Assembly (NCBI GenBank): GCA_021802765.1
Contig: JAJZRI010000003.1
Coordinates: 27,919-91,918 of the forward strand
Origin: Candidatus Micrarchaeota archaeon
GTDB lineage: Archaea > Micrarchaeota > Micrarchaeia > Micrarchaeales > CABMGC01
Reading direction: 5' to 3'
Length of the DNA stretch: 64,000 nucleotides
Shown here: one piece after another, positions 37,118-49,101 of the stretch
Layout: each line of letters begins with the position of its first letter
Numbering within the stretch: position 1 is the first letter of the stretch
The notes under the pieces: generated by a model
What the model was told of the DNA's origin: nothing
Databases searched by the model: none
The model's input: the letters and a program-made list of their open reading frames with translations, nothing else
Translations under genes and position numbers: made by a program

Positions 37118-37230
37118 GATATCCCCGTAATTACAAGTAGTTATGAATTGATAAGCTATATTAAGCTTCGGTTATAGTGGAATATCTTTTCCATTTAAAT
37201 GGGCGTTTTAGTTAGTTTGGCGCCTGGATG

Positions 37231-37653
37231 TTAGCGCATCTGTTCCTTTAGATCGTCAATCCTTGAGAGGTATTCCATGCGTAGTTCCCCTATTTTATCC
37301 ATTAGCTGCGGATTCGTGGCTGGACACTCGCCGCCATCAGTTATAAAGTGCAGTATCTTAGCGTCCCTTGCAGCCTGCGAGCTGTTCTTTCCGCTACCTT
37401 TTACAAGGTCGTATAATATCCAATCAACTACGAAATACTTGCCGCTATGTGAATCGAAGGCAAGTATTGACGTTTCCTGCCTAGTAAAGTTATTCGAAAT
37501 TCTAAAATCAGCATATCCGTTGTCTGTCTTGTTGAGCATGAACAATGGCGCCCCAGACAGCAGCAACTGCACGGATTTTGTTATATCAGTGCGCACATCA
37601 CTATTGCTAACCAATGGCCCGTATTTGGAACGCGTATTACTATTAAAGGACAT
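37231..37653 (-). CDS. Hypothetical protein
   Basis: 140-aa ORF coupled to the upstream small ORF; no family recognised. Confidence 0.55.
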   Translation of the reverse strand: MSFNSNTRSKYGPLVSNSDVRTDITKSVQLLLSGAPLFMLNKTDNGYADFRISNNFTRQETSILAFDSHSGKYFVVDWILYDLVKGSGKNSSQAARDAKILHFITDGGECPATNPQLMDKIGELRMEYLSRIDDLKEQMR

Positions 37654-37655
37654 GA

Positions 37656-37865
37656 TTATATCTTGCTCCTGGCAATCTTGAATTCTATAGACCTTTGTAA
37701 TGCTTGTAATGCTTCTCTGATTTCAGTGGCTTGGGCAGCTTGGGCGGGTCTGTTATGATTTCTGTGAGCCTCTTGCAATGCTCGCCTTGCCTCTAGGGGG
37801 TACTTTTTGAAAGGTGCCTCAGAATTTACTCGGTGTGCTGGTTGTCTTCTGGCCATAACAATCAT
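37656..37865 (-). CDS. Small basic helical hypothetical protein
   Basis: 66-69 aa; internal repeats EARRALQEA and EIREALQAL. Confidence 0.45.
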   Translation of the reverse strand: MIVMARRQPAHRVNSEAPFKKYPLEARRALQEAHRNHNRPAQAAQATEIREALQALQRSIEFKIARSKI

Positions 37866-37936
37866 TAAAATTGCCTTCTTTCAGGTATTTATACTAACCG
37901 CATTCGGGCAATAATTATTGTTTTTTTGTTATTTTG

Positions 37937-38782
37937 TTAGCCCGTCTGCCGCTTGATATCCCTTCGGTACTTTATCAAGCTAGATGCCTGTAATGCTACT
38001 GCAGCGATTGCAACCGTGCTCATTGCACCGATATGCATAGCATATGTGCCTATTAGGCTATATCCTACAACGAAAGAGTTGAAGATGGATTTATCACGAA
38101 GCATGCTCACAGATTCCCCGACGTCGAAGTAGTTCCAGCCGTTGTTCTTTATGAGGAATGATTCCATCATTTTGTTGGTTTCATTATCCCCGAGCTTGAC
38201 CAATAGGCCGTGAGTTGGATCAACTATAGTTATCCCTTCTGGCCCCCTGTATGACACCCAGGCGTGGCCTTCCCCGGTCTTTTTGTTGAAGCTGTGTCTT
38301 ATTCCAAAGGTGCCGTCGATATTTCCTTCCTCGCGATATCTTTGCAGCACTGCGATTGTCATTAGCGATTTGGTGATGCAGTTGCCACCATTGATTATAT
38401 AATAATCCAGTGGATTTGAATTTGACGGATGGAATGATTTGAGACTCTCCTTGTAGGGTATTGCATATATCGGGGAGATTATGCGTTGCAGGATGTTGTT
38501 TTCGCCTTTATCAGAATTGATTGGGAATAGCTTCCTTATGCCTTCACCGTGCGATACTGTAGATAAGTTGTAGAGCGCCGTGACTGCCTTGCTGTCTATG
38601 TCGACGCAAATACTGTATTTATGGAATTTCCTTAGCCCTGGCCTTAAATTGCCGTTCCATTTAAGTTCGGTTCCTTTTATTTTATTCCTTGCAATGGTGC
38701 CTTCATCACGTATCGCCAGTTTTAGTGCTCCTATTGCGCTGTGATGCCTGCTTTTAGTAGTCTCTTTTGACACTGTTGGCAT
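37937..38782 (-). CDS. Transglutaminase/papain-like Cys-His-Asp protein, paralog B, with a C-terminal hydrophobic segment
   Basis: GGNCITKS, GHAWVSY, IVDPTHG motifs; aligns by eye with 36086..36718. Confidence 0.75.
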   Translation of the reverse strand: MPTVSKETTKSRHHSAIGALKLAIRDEGTIARNKIKGTELKWNGNLRPGLRKFHKYSICVDIDSKAVTALYNLSTVSHGEGIRKLFPINSDKGENNILQRIISPIYAIPYKESLKSFHPSNSNPLDYYIINGGNCITKSLMTIAVLQRYREEGNIDGTFGIRHSFNKKTGEGHAWVSYRGPEGITIVDPTHGLLVKLGDNETNKMMESFLIKNNGWNYFDVGESVSMLRDKSIFNSFVVGYSLIGTYAMHIGAMSTVAIAAVALQASSLIKYRRDIKRQTG

Positions 38783-38829
38783 AGATTACCGAACTATTGC
38801 TGCATTTAATCATATTTAAGGATTATTAG

Positions 38830-38904
38830 CGGGCCCAGTGGGATTTGAACCCACGACTTGCTGGTTAAGAGCCAGCCACTCTGACCAAGCTGAGTTATGG
38901 GCCC
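38830..38904 (-). tRNA. tRNA-Lys(CTT)
   Basis: GGGCCCA/TGGGCCC acceptor stem, GCTGG-CTCTTAA-CCAGC anticodon arm, GTTCAAATC T-loop; no intron; CCA not encoded. Confidence 0.97.
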
Positions 38905-38931
38905 AGAGCAAGTATAATTGTACAGCACAGT

Positions 38932-40257
38932 TTATCTTTTTATGCCTTTTATGAACTTCTCCAGCGCCTTGTCAAGCTCGTTTGTCTCTGGAGCGAGCTC
39001 GTAGGAGATCTGGACTATGGGCTTATTGGCATTTACAAGCCTTCTTAGGTCTGTTGGGGTGGCTGATACAACCACATCGCACTCGGCGAGATTTATTGTT
39101 GCTTCTAGATCTTTTATCTGCGCCGGACTGTATCCCATTGCAGGGAGCTCATCATAAAGCGCAGGATACTTCTGGAAGGTCTCCTTTATCGACCTGACGG
39201 CATATTTCTTGGCTATGACCGTCTCTCCTGCCCCGAATTGCTTTGCAGCGACGGTTGCGGCGCCGAACTTCATATTACCGTGAGTTATCGTTGGCCCATC
39301 TTCTATCAATAGTACCTTGCTTCCCTTTATTATCCTTGGATTGTCTGCCGTGACCAAAGAATCCGCGAGAAGTATCTTTGCTTTGGTGTTTATGCTCCTA
39401 AGCGACTCCCTAACTCTGTTGATATCTTCACTGCTTGCGGAGTTGACCTTGTTTATTATGAGCAGGTCCGCCATACGCGCCACTATCTCACCTGGGTAAT
39501 ATGTGAGCTCGTTTCCGGCTCTAAGCGGGTCTGCGACGACTATGAGCATATCGGTCTTGTAGAATGGCGCGTCGTTGTTGCCACCATCCCATATTATTAT
39601 GTCTGCTTCCTTCTCTGCGGCCTTAAGTATAGCGCCGTAATCAACGCCGGCATAAACAACAAAGCCGTTCTTGATATGCGGTTCATAATCCTCTCGTTCT
39701 TCTATTGTTGCTTTATTCTTATCCAGGTCAGAGAGTTTTGAGAATCTCTGCACAACCTCGTCCTTTAGTATCCCATAAGGCATTGGATGCCTTACTACAA
39801 CCGCTTTTAGTCCTGCCTTTCTTATCACTTTTGACACATATCTTGATGTCTGACTCTTGCCTACACCGGTCCTTACACCACATATGCCTATCACTGGCTT
39901 TGATGATTTTATCATTGCGTGATCTGGGGATATCAGCCAGAAATCCGCGCCGCAGGCGTTTACGATGCTTATCTTATTGCCCAGTACATTGTATGCAAGA
40001 TCGCTGTAGGCTATTATGCACACGTCGACTTTTTCGGATTTTATAAGCTTTGGGAGCTCTGATTCGTCCTTTATTGGGATTCCTTTTGGGTAGAGCTTTC
40101 CGCTAAGTTCCTTTGGATATTGCCTGTTTGCTATATAAGGAATCTGTGCCGCAGTGAATGCGACGACATTGTAATTTGGATTGTCTTTAAACAATGTATT
40201 GAATGTGTGGAAGTCGCGCCCTGCCGCGCCAATTATTATTATGTTTTTTGTGGACAT
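38932..40257 (-). CDS. cDPG synthetase-like P-loop ligase, probable arginine synthetase (ArcE-type)
   Basis: GAAGRDFH, VVAFTAAQIP, RTGVGKSQTSR, RHPMPYG, TIEEREDYEPH, WDGGNND, EDGPT.THG motifs. Confidence 0.8.
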   Translation of the reverse strand: MSTKNIIIIGAAGRDFHTFNTLFKDNPNYNVVAFTAAQIPYIANRQYPKELSGKLYPKGIPIKDESELPKLIKSEKVDVCIIAYSDLAYNVLGNKISIVNACGADFWLISPDHAMIKSSKPVIGICGVRTGVGKSQTSRYVSKVIRKAGLKAVVVRHPMPYGILKDEVVQRFSKLSDLDKNKATIEEREDYEPHIKNGFVVYAGVDYGAILKAAEKEADIIIWDGGNNDAPFYKTDMLIVVADPLRAGNELTYYPGEIVARMADLLIINKVNSASSEDINRVRESLRSINTKAKILLADSLVTADNPRIIKGSKVLLIEDGPTITHGNMKFGAATVAAKQFGAGETVIAKKYAVRSIKETFQKYPALYDELPAMGYSPAQIKDLEATINLAECDVVVSATPTDLRRLVNANKPIVQISYELAPETNELDKALEKFIKGIKR

Positions 40258-40379
40258 TTTATCGATAATCTGTAGTTACAACTAATTAATTAAGTTTTTC
40301 TTATGTCGTCTTATCGTCGTCATTTTAACGACGACAAAATGCTCCAAAAAGGTTTATATTACTTTAATTGCTGTTATAA

Positions 40380-42314
<1,935 letters not shown>

Positions 42315-42316
42315 TT

Positions 42317-44731
42317 ATGCAAGAGATTGTGCCAGTATCATTAGAGGAGGAGTTGCAGTCGAGCTACATAGACTACGCCATGAGCGTAATAATAAGTAGG
42401 GCAATTCCTGACGCCAGAGACGGGCTCAAGCCAGTGCAAAGGAGGATTCTTTATGCCATGTATAACATAAAGAATTTCCATGACCAGCCAACAAAGAAGA
42501 GCGCCAGGGTGGTCGGAGAAGTCATAGGTAAGTTCCATCCGCACGGGGATACGGCAATATACGACGCGTTGGCTCGACTGGCACAAGACTTCTCAATGAA
42601 CCACATGCTTGTCGAGGGGCAGGGAAACTTTGGTTCGGTCGATGGGGACCCTCCAGCGGCAATGCGATACACAGAAGTACGGCTTACGCGGCTTGCAGAG
42701 GAGATGCTAGAAGACATAGAGAGGAAGACTGTCGAATTCGTGCCGAATTTTGATGACACTGAGGAAGAGCCGCTTGTCCTACCGGCAAAGGCGCCAAACC
42801 TTCTAGTAAACGGTGCAACGGGCATAGCTGTTGGCGTTGCAACTAGCATGCCGCCGCATAATCTTGCGGAGGTGTGTGACGCGGTGATGCTCAGAATAGA
42901 CAAGAAGGATGCTACAGCAGATGACATTCTAGGGGTGATAAAGGGTCCGGATTTCCCTACTGGAGGAATTGCCGTGATGTCGCAGAACGCCTATAACGGA
43001 TATAAGTACGGAAGGGGGCAGCTAAGCATAAAGGCCAAGGCAGACATCGATGAGAAGAACAAGAGGATAATCGTAAAGGAGATACCATACAATGTGAACA
43101 AGTCAAACCTTATGCAGACAATGGCCGAACTTGCAAGGGAAAAGAAGATAGTCGGCCTAAAGGACATAAGGGATGAGAGCGACAAAAATGGAATACGAAT
43201 CATAATAGATTATAAGGAGGAGGGTAGCGGTGATCAGATATTAAACATGCTCTACAAGTACACCCAACTACAAGTAACTTTCCCCCTGATAAACCTTGCG
43301 GTGATAGGAAAGAGTCTCAAGAGCCTGAATGTACTGCAGATAATAGACACCTTCCTCGTGCATAGAAGGGAGGTGGTGCTCAACAGGAGCAGGTTTGAAC
43401 TTGGAGTTGCAAAGGACAGACTGCATATTGTAGAGGGCTTGCTCATTGCAATAGATCAAATAGACAAGATAATAGCGACAATAAAGGGCAGCTCGGAGGT
43501 TGGCGACGCGCGAATAAGACTGACTAAGGAATATGGGCTAACGGAAAAGCAGTCAAATGCAATACTTGACATGAAGCTAAGTAGGCTCACCCATCTAGAA
43601 AATAATTCTCTAAGCCAGGAAAAGAAGACGCTTGAGGATAAGATAGTTCATTACAACAACATAATAGCCAACCCAGAGGTTGTTGATAAAATAATAAAGG
43701 ATGAGACTGTCGAGTTGAAGAGAAAGTTCGGACGGGCGAGAAGGACTGAGATAGTTTATTCTGAAGATGATGTAGAAATAGCAAATGAAGACACGATAAG
43801 CAATGAGAAGGTCACGATAATACTAACGAACAACGGATACGTAAAGAGATTGGGGCTTGGCAATTATAGGGAGCAGGCGCGAGGCGGGCGCGGAATAATA
43901 TCAATAAACCTTAAGGAAGGGGATTATGCAAAATCAATACTTACATGCAATAACAAGGATTTCGTGATAGGGATAACAAACCATGGGCGTGCTTACTGGA
44001 TAAAGGCGTACAATATACCTGAGAGCGGCAGATATTCTGAAGGGAAGGCGATAGTGAACCTTGTTGATGTGAAGGACGAGAAGATAATCAACTTATTCAA
44101 TATAAACGAATTCGCTAACTCCAAAATAGCATTCCTTACATCAAAGGGTCTTGTGAAGAAGGTTAAAGCTGTGCTGTTCTCAAGACCACGGGCCAATGGA
44201 GTGCGAGCGATAAACATAAGAGAGGGTGACCGGGTGGAGGACGTCATAATGTATTCTGGAGAGAAATTCCTGATAATATCCACAAGAAATGGAAAGGCGG
44301 TTAAGTTTGATGAGGGCGCACTTAGGCATATAGGGAGGACTGCAATGGGGGTGCGCGGAATAAAGCTTAAAGGAGATGATATCGCAAAGAACATAATCGC
44401 GGCGAACGAGTCCGGAAGCATATTTACAGTTACGGAAAATGGTTACGGAAAAGTTACAGATGTAGGCAAATACCGGCTACAGGGCCGCGGAGGGAGTGGT
44501 GTGATAAACATAAAGGCAAATCAAAAGACAGGAAAGGTTGCAAAGAGCATGTATCTGCACGGTAACGAGCGGATACTTCTCATAAATTCACTTGGAGTCA
44601 GCATAACATTCCAGGCAAGCGAAGTTAGGGTTACTGGACGGGCGGCGAGCGGTGTGAAGTTGATGAACGTGGAGCCAGGAAGCCGAGTTGTTGGTGCGGC
44701 TCTACTTGAGTCCGACGCGCTGCAGCACTAA
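42317..44731 (+). CDS. gyrA: DNA gyrase subunit A
   Basis: DGLKPVQRR, FHPHGD, AAMRYTE (catalytic Tyr), GyrA-box QARGGRG, beta-pinwheel repeats. Confidence 0.97.
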   Translation: MQEIVPVSLEEELQSSYIDYAMSVIISRAIPDARDGLKPVQRRILYAMYNIKNFHDQPTKKSARVVGEVIGKFHPHGDTAIYDALARLAQDFSMNHMLVEGQGNFGSVDGDPPAAMRYTEVRLTRLAEEMLEDIERKTVEFVPNFDDTEEEPLVLPAKAPNLLVNGATGIAVGVATSMPPHNLAEVCDAVMLRIDKKDATADDILGVIKGPDFPTGGIAVMSQNAYNGYKYGRGQLSIKAKADIDEKNKRIIVKEIPYNVNKSNLMQTMAELAREKKIVGLKDIRDESDKNGIRIIIDYKEEGSGDQILNMLYKYTQLQVTFPLINLAVIGKSLKSLNVLQIIDTFLVHRREVVLNRSRFELGVAKDRLHIVEGLLIAIDQIDKIIATIKGSSEVGDARIRLTKEYGLTEKQSNAILDMKLSRLTHLENNSLSQEKKTLEDKIVHYNNIIANPEVVDKIIKDETVELKRKFGRARRTEIVYSEDDVEIANEDTISNEKVTIILTNNGYVKRLGLGNYREQARGGRGIISINLKEGDYAKSILTCNNKDFVIGITNHGRAYWIKAYNIPESGRYSEGKAIVNLVDVKDEKIINLFNINEFANSKIAFLTSKGLVKKVKAVLFSRPRANGVRAINIREGDRVEDVIMYSGEKFLIISTRNGKAVKFDEGALRHIGRTAMGVRGIKLKGDDIAKNIIAANESGSIFTVTENGYGKVTDVGKYRLQGRGGSGVINIKANQKTGKVAKSMYLHGNERILLINSLGVSITFQASEVRVTGRAASGVKLMNVEPGSRVVGAALLESDALQH

Positions 44732-44741
44732 GGATTTTTAT

Positions 44742-47501
44742 CTAGTCCACCTTCCAGAATTTCCTGTTTTTAATGAAATTTTTCTGTGCTTCTATAACGT
44801 CTGCAAAGAACATCTTGTAGTCACTGCGTATGTACTTTAGCAGCCTTGCGGCGGTCTCTATCCCTATCCCATAAACTGAAAGGGCGACTATCGCTCTATA
44901 TCCGTATGCATCTATGAGGCTGGCCTCCTTCATCATCTCACGATATAGCTTGTTGTCTTTCTCGCGAAATGACTTACGGTTTAGCCTTTTGGTTATCAGT
45001 TCTCCATATCTGTCCTGATATATGACTATAAGTGGACTTTTACAGCTGGGGCAGAGTATCTTATTTCCCTCATTTACGCGTATCTTATCGTTGAATATGT
45101 GAGAGCAGAAAGTGCATATCATCTTTACGCCTTTACCATCAAACTTGTCAAACATCTTATCCATTACACTTCCTCTTTCTGGTGATGACAAAAGTTCACC
45201 ATACTTGAATACTGAGAGCAGTACTGCTTTTGACATTGGGGACGGGGTCTTTTTTACCTGGCTTATCTTGATCCTGCCGGAGCGCAGGGCATCAATAAAT
45301 CCTTTTGTCACTTCGATGTCAAAATAGTTCTTGTAAAGGTCACGCGCAGTTTCTTCGAATATTGGCGAGTTCTCATAGAAGCTTACAAGGCGGCTCACCA
45401 TGCTTTTTGTTATCGCAGCTTTCTTTTCGGCAACGCCGAATAGTTTTGCGGCCTGTACGAACTTGTACCTGAATAGGTCTGAATCAAACACAAGGTTCCT
45501 TTCCTGCAGATTTATGTTCTTTAGTGTGTTGAACATGTTTGCCGTATCTGGCCTTCTTACTATGCTGCTGTAATCAAATATTATTGCGTATGGGGTGGCT
45601 CTGACGTTTACCTTTCCGCCTGCCTGGGACGACGCTATTATCGACAGCGTCCGTGCAATGAACTCGTTTGCAAGTTTTCCAAGGGGCATATATGCTATTG
45701 CACAGTTGTCTAGCTCTTCTATCGCAACGGTTTGCAGATGCGCTGAGAAGTATTTGTTATTTTCCGATATGAACGCGTTTATCTCCGTCTCTGTGCTTGG
45801 CGTAAGTGTACTACTTATGCCAGATGTTCCTTGCCAAAGTAGATCCCAGACTTTAGCGGCAATCTGGCTTGATACGGGGATGTCTTCTCCTTCCCAGTCT
45901 GGGACCGCGGCAGTTATGTCGTCGCTTGGTTCAACGAATATTGTATCTTCTTCTATGCTTATCGCTTTCCATGGAAGACCCTTTGTTATGAATACGGATC
46001 CCTGATCGATGTAATTATAGACAAACTCCTGATCCAGTGTGGAGACTATCCTGTTATCCATTGCCTCTTTGACAACAAAACGCGTGGAGTCTGGTATCAC
46101 GCTTATTGCATTTATGAAATACTTCCTACATCTGGGTCCTGAGGATATGCTTTTATTGCCGCACTTGACTATGCGCAGATCGGAAAGCAGATTACATACC
46201 CTCTCAAAAGTCGTTGCCTCCAATCCATCATATATGTAGGATCGCTTCACTATCGAAAATGCCTTTGCGGCCTCGATTTCTCCATATTCCATTGCCATCG
46301 CGGAGATCTGATTAGCTAAAACGTCTAGCGCATTGGTCTCCGCCGAATGCTTTTCGAGCTTGAGTGAAAGCGCAGCCTCTGATACGGCTATTGATTCGAG
46401 ACAGTCTAACTCGTTGTGGGCTATGATTCTTCCTGTGGACCTAGATAGCTCCTTGTGACCGCCCCTTCCGACGCGCTGGATGAGTCGGGTAGCCTGCCTG
46501 GGAGAGCCGTATTGGACGACAAGATCTATGGCGCCTATATCTATACCAAGTTCTAGTGAGCTTGTGGCGATTATTGCCTTGATCTCGCCGGCCTTGAACT
46601 TGTTCTCTATAGTTATTCTCTCCTCCTTGTCTATAGAACTGTGGTGTATGCCCACCTTGCCAAAGCTTCCGTTCTTGCCTAGGTGTATTAACTTACTTCC
46701 CAGTGATTCGACCGCCTGCCTTGTGTTGGCGAATATTATCGCAGCTTGCGAGTCACGTATTAGTTCAGAGACGCGTATTATTCTTGCATATGCCTGTTGG
46801 TCGAGGCCGAACGATAGTCTGAACTCCTTGTCATCTTTATCGGCCTTCTGGGGCATTTCTATTGTTATGTCAAGCTGTTTTTTGACTGGTGAGGAGATGA
46901 CCGTGTATTGTGACTTATTGAATAGGAACCTGGCCGCTTCTTCTATATCCCCAATTGTCGCGCTTATGCCAACGCGCTGGTAGCTTCCGGACACTTCGTA
47001 TAGGCGCTCAAGGGCAACGCTAAGCTGAGCCCCCCTCTTGTTGTAATAGAGCTCGTGCAGCTCGTCGACTATGACTATTTTTAGATTTTTGAGGCTCTCG
47101 CGAAGAGACTTTGACATTAGAAGGTTCTGCACTGTCTCTGGTGTTGTTATTAGCATTTGGGGCGGATTGAGGACCTGCCGCCTTCTCTCCGTCTGTGTTG
47201 TATCACCATGGCGTACGGATATGGTTATGCCTAGCTCGGCTGCAAACCATTCAAGACGCTTTATCAGATCCCGATTAAGGGCTCTGAGTGGGGTTATGTA
47301 TATTACCACTATGCCGTGCTTGTCCTTTCCATCTATTATCCTTTTGATTGCTGGAAGTATCGTGGCTTCGGTCTTGCCGCTCCCTGTCGGGGCGGTTATT
47401 ATGCAGTTTTCGCCGCGGCTTATCGGAGCGATGGCTAACTTCTGTATCTCTGTAAAATCGCTAAATTTGGTTAGAAATAATTTGTATGGATCTGTCTGCA
47501 T
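44742..47501 (-). CDS. lhr: Lhr-family SF2 helicase
   Basis: APTGSGKT, TTPET, DELHE, SAT, HHSS, SSLELGID, QRVGR motifs; C-terminal CxxC..CxxC. Confidence 0.93.
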   Translation of the reverse strand: MQTDPYKLFLTKFSDFTEIQKLAIAPISRGENCIITAPTGSGKTEATILPAIKRIIDGKDKHGIVVIYITPLRALNRDLIKRLEWFAAELGITISVRHGDTTQTERRRQVLNPPQMLITTPETVQNLLMSKSLRESLKNLKIVIVDELHELYYNKRGAQLSVALERLYEVSGSYQRVGISATIGDIEEAARFLFNKSQYTVISSPVKKQLDITIEMPQKADKDDKEFRLSFGLDQQAYARIIRVSELIRDSQAAIIFANTRQAVESLGSKLIHLGKNGSFGKVGIHHSSIDKEERITIENKFKAGEIKAIIATSSLELGIDIGAIDLVVQYGSPRQATRLIQRVGRGGHKELSRSTGRIIAHNELDCLESIAVSEAALSLKLEKHSAETNALDVLANQISAMAMEYGEIEAAKAFSIVKRSYIYDGLEATTFERVCNLLSDLRIVKCGNKSISSGPRCRKYFINAISVIPDSTRFVVKEAMDNRIVSTLDQEFVYNYIDQGSVFITKGLPWKAISIEEDTIFVEPSDDITAAVPDWEGEDIPVSSQIAAKVWDLLWQGTSGISSTLTPSTETEINAFISENNKYFSAHLQTVAIEELDNCAIAYMPLGKLANEFIARTLSIIASSQAGGKVNVRATPYAIIFDYSSIVRRPDTANMFNTLKNINLQERNLVFDSDLFRYKFVQAAKLFGVAEKKAAITKSMVSRLVSFYENSPIFEETARDLYKNYFDIEVTKGFIDALRSGRIKISQVKKTPSPMSKAVLLSVFKYGELLSSPERGSVMDKMFDKFDGKGVKMICTFCSHIFNDKIRVNEGNKILCPSCKSPLIVIYQDRYGELITKRLNRKSFREKDNKLYREMMKEASLIDAYGYRAIVALSVYGIGIETAARLLKYIRSDYKMFFADVIEAQKNFIKNRKFWKVD

Positions 47502-47511
47502 AAAGATTATT

Positions 47512-49101
47512 TCACTTCTGTATGTCTGCGTATCCGTACGTCGTGTTGGCTGCGCCTTTGTATGTATAGTTGAGTTTTAGTGACATGGGCACGCCAAGGG
47601 GTATAATTGATGAATTAATCTGTTTGCCGTAGTTATAGCATGGTAATGACACGGCCGCGCTCTTGGCATGCTGCAGAACGGTGCCTATTTTGTAAGGTGT
47701 GAAGTTGCCAAGCATCACGCATCCGATGCTGTTAATCGTGATCGTGTTGTTGAGCTGATTGGTTATGTTAAGGCTTACTTTCAGAATTGTGGCATTTGAT
47801 GCAAATGCAGGATTGCTGCACAGAAGGCCAGCGCCGAACTCGCATTTGTTTGCATATGCGGATACATAAGTTACCTTTGTGCCTGGGAATGAGTATTCTT
47901 TTGAGATGTTTATTGCATAGTTGAATGCTTGCGTAGTCGTGTTCTGGGTTGGTATGTACCAAATAGTCGTGTTGTATTCGCCCTTGAGGGCGCTTATCTT
48001 GTTTAGTATTGTGTTGCCCTGGTAAAGCGCCTGCAAGCAGTATGAGGTGTTTGAGAGGTTAAGTATGTTGCCGTAGCATGTGCTGTCTGGGACGCCGTTG
48101 TATGAAATACTCTCGAAGTATAGTGCGTTCTGCGTTGCTGTTATGCTTCCGGCAAATGAAAGATTATCTACATAGCCAGAATAATTGAGAATTGATGAGT
48201 TCCTTGTCTTGAGTGTATAATAGAGGTTGTTTGGATTTAGTGTATTGTTTGTGGGCTTTGTGTATGAAGTGCAGTTGTCTCCTCCAAGCGAAACAAGAAG
48301 CTTTGTCCATCCTCCAGAATACCAGGTGCAGATCGTGGTAGAGTTACCAAGCCCGATGAATGACACGTTGCCGGTCTTTGTGACGTTTATTCCCTTTCCT
48401 TCTGCTGCGGCGTCGAAGGCTGCCGGAGTAACATATCCATTTACCCATATTGATGTTAGGCTGTAGTTAGAATAATAGGCATGGGATACTGCAAGCTGGT
48501 TTATGTAAGATGAAAAGACGTCTAGGGCAGGGTATAGGAAGTTGTTTGCCTGGTTTGAGCCTGTGAGATAGAAATATTTTGTGAAGTTATCGAAGTAGAG
48601 TGTTGCAATGTAGCCGCGTGGGTTCATATAGAATATGTCCTGCCCGCCTGGAGGGTTGGTTGGAAAGTCAGAATACGGAGCAGGTTTTTGAGGTACGAGT
48701 GGTGTGATTTCTGTAGAATTCTGTGCGGCCTGCCTATTTGGTATGTTGTAGAGCTTGCTTGGGTCTACAATCACTGAAATAGAGTAGGGATTGGCAGTTT
48801 TAGGTGTGAAGTTGTAGTACACTAATGCCTGCTTTCCTGCCGGTAGATACGCTTTGTATGTCTGTGTTATGTTTCCATTTACATAAACGCCCATTGAGAT
48901 GTTATTTATCGTTGAGCCCCCAGTGTTGGTAATAGATATTGGGATGGAGACTATCTGGTAGGGATAAACGTGGCTTGTTGGGAGTATCTTTAAAGATATT
49001 GATATCTGCGGTTGGTAATAATATCTAAGATACAATGATCCGATTATGACTAGAAATATGAATGCTCCCCAAAGATACTTTTCTTTTATTTCAGTCATCA
49101 C
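47512..49101 (-). CDS. Membrane-anchored surface glycoprotein with a CARDB/Ig-like domain
   Basis: N-terminal TM; ITNTGG...VIVDPSKL Ig-like domain; N/T/Y-rich with many sequons; paired Cys. Confidence 0.7.
   Translation of the reverse strand: MMTEIKEKYLWGAFIFLVIIGSLYLRYYYQPQISISLKILPTSHVYPYQIVSIPISITNTGGSTINNISMGVYVNGNITQTYKAYLPAGKQALVYYNFTPKTANPYSISVIVDPSKLYNIPNRQAAQNSTEITPLVPQKPAPYSDFPTNPPGGQDIFYMNPRGYIATLYFDNFTKYFYLTGSNQANNFLYPALDVFSSYINQLAVSHAYYSNYSLTSIWVNGYVTPAAFDAAAEGKGINVTKTGNVSFIGLGNSTTICTWYSGGWTKLLVSLGGDNCTSYTKPTNNTLNPNNLYYTLKTRNSSILNYSGYVDNLSFAGSITATQNALYFESISYNGVPDSTCYGNILNLSNTSYCLQALYQGNTILNKISALKGEYNTTIWYIPTQNTTTQAFNYAINISKEYSFPGTKVTYVSAYANKCEFGAGLLCSNPAFASNATILKVSLNITNQLNNTITINSIGCVMLGNFTPYKIGTVLQHAKSAAVSLPCYNYGKQINSSIIPLGVPMSLKLNYTYKGAANTTYGYADIQK

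Noticed and set aside
35576-38904. Integrated element at tRNA-Lys
   Set aside because: No integrase or transposase, no direct repeat of the tRNA 3' end (only a short inverted TCCCACT near 36723), and a core ssb gene lies in the middle
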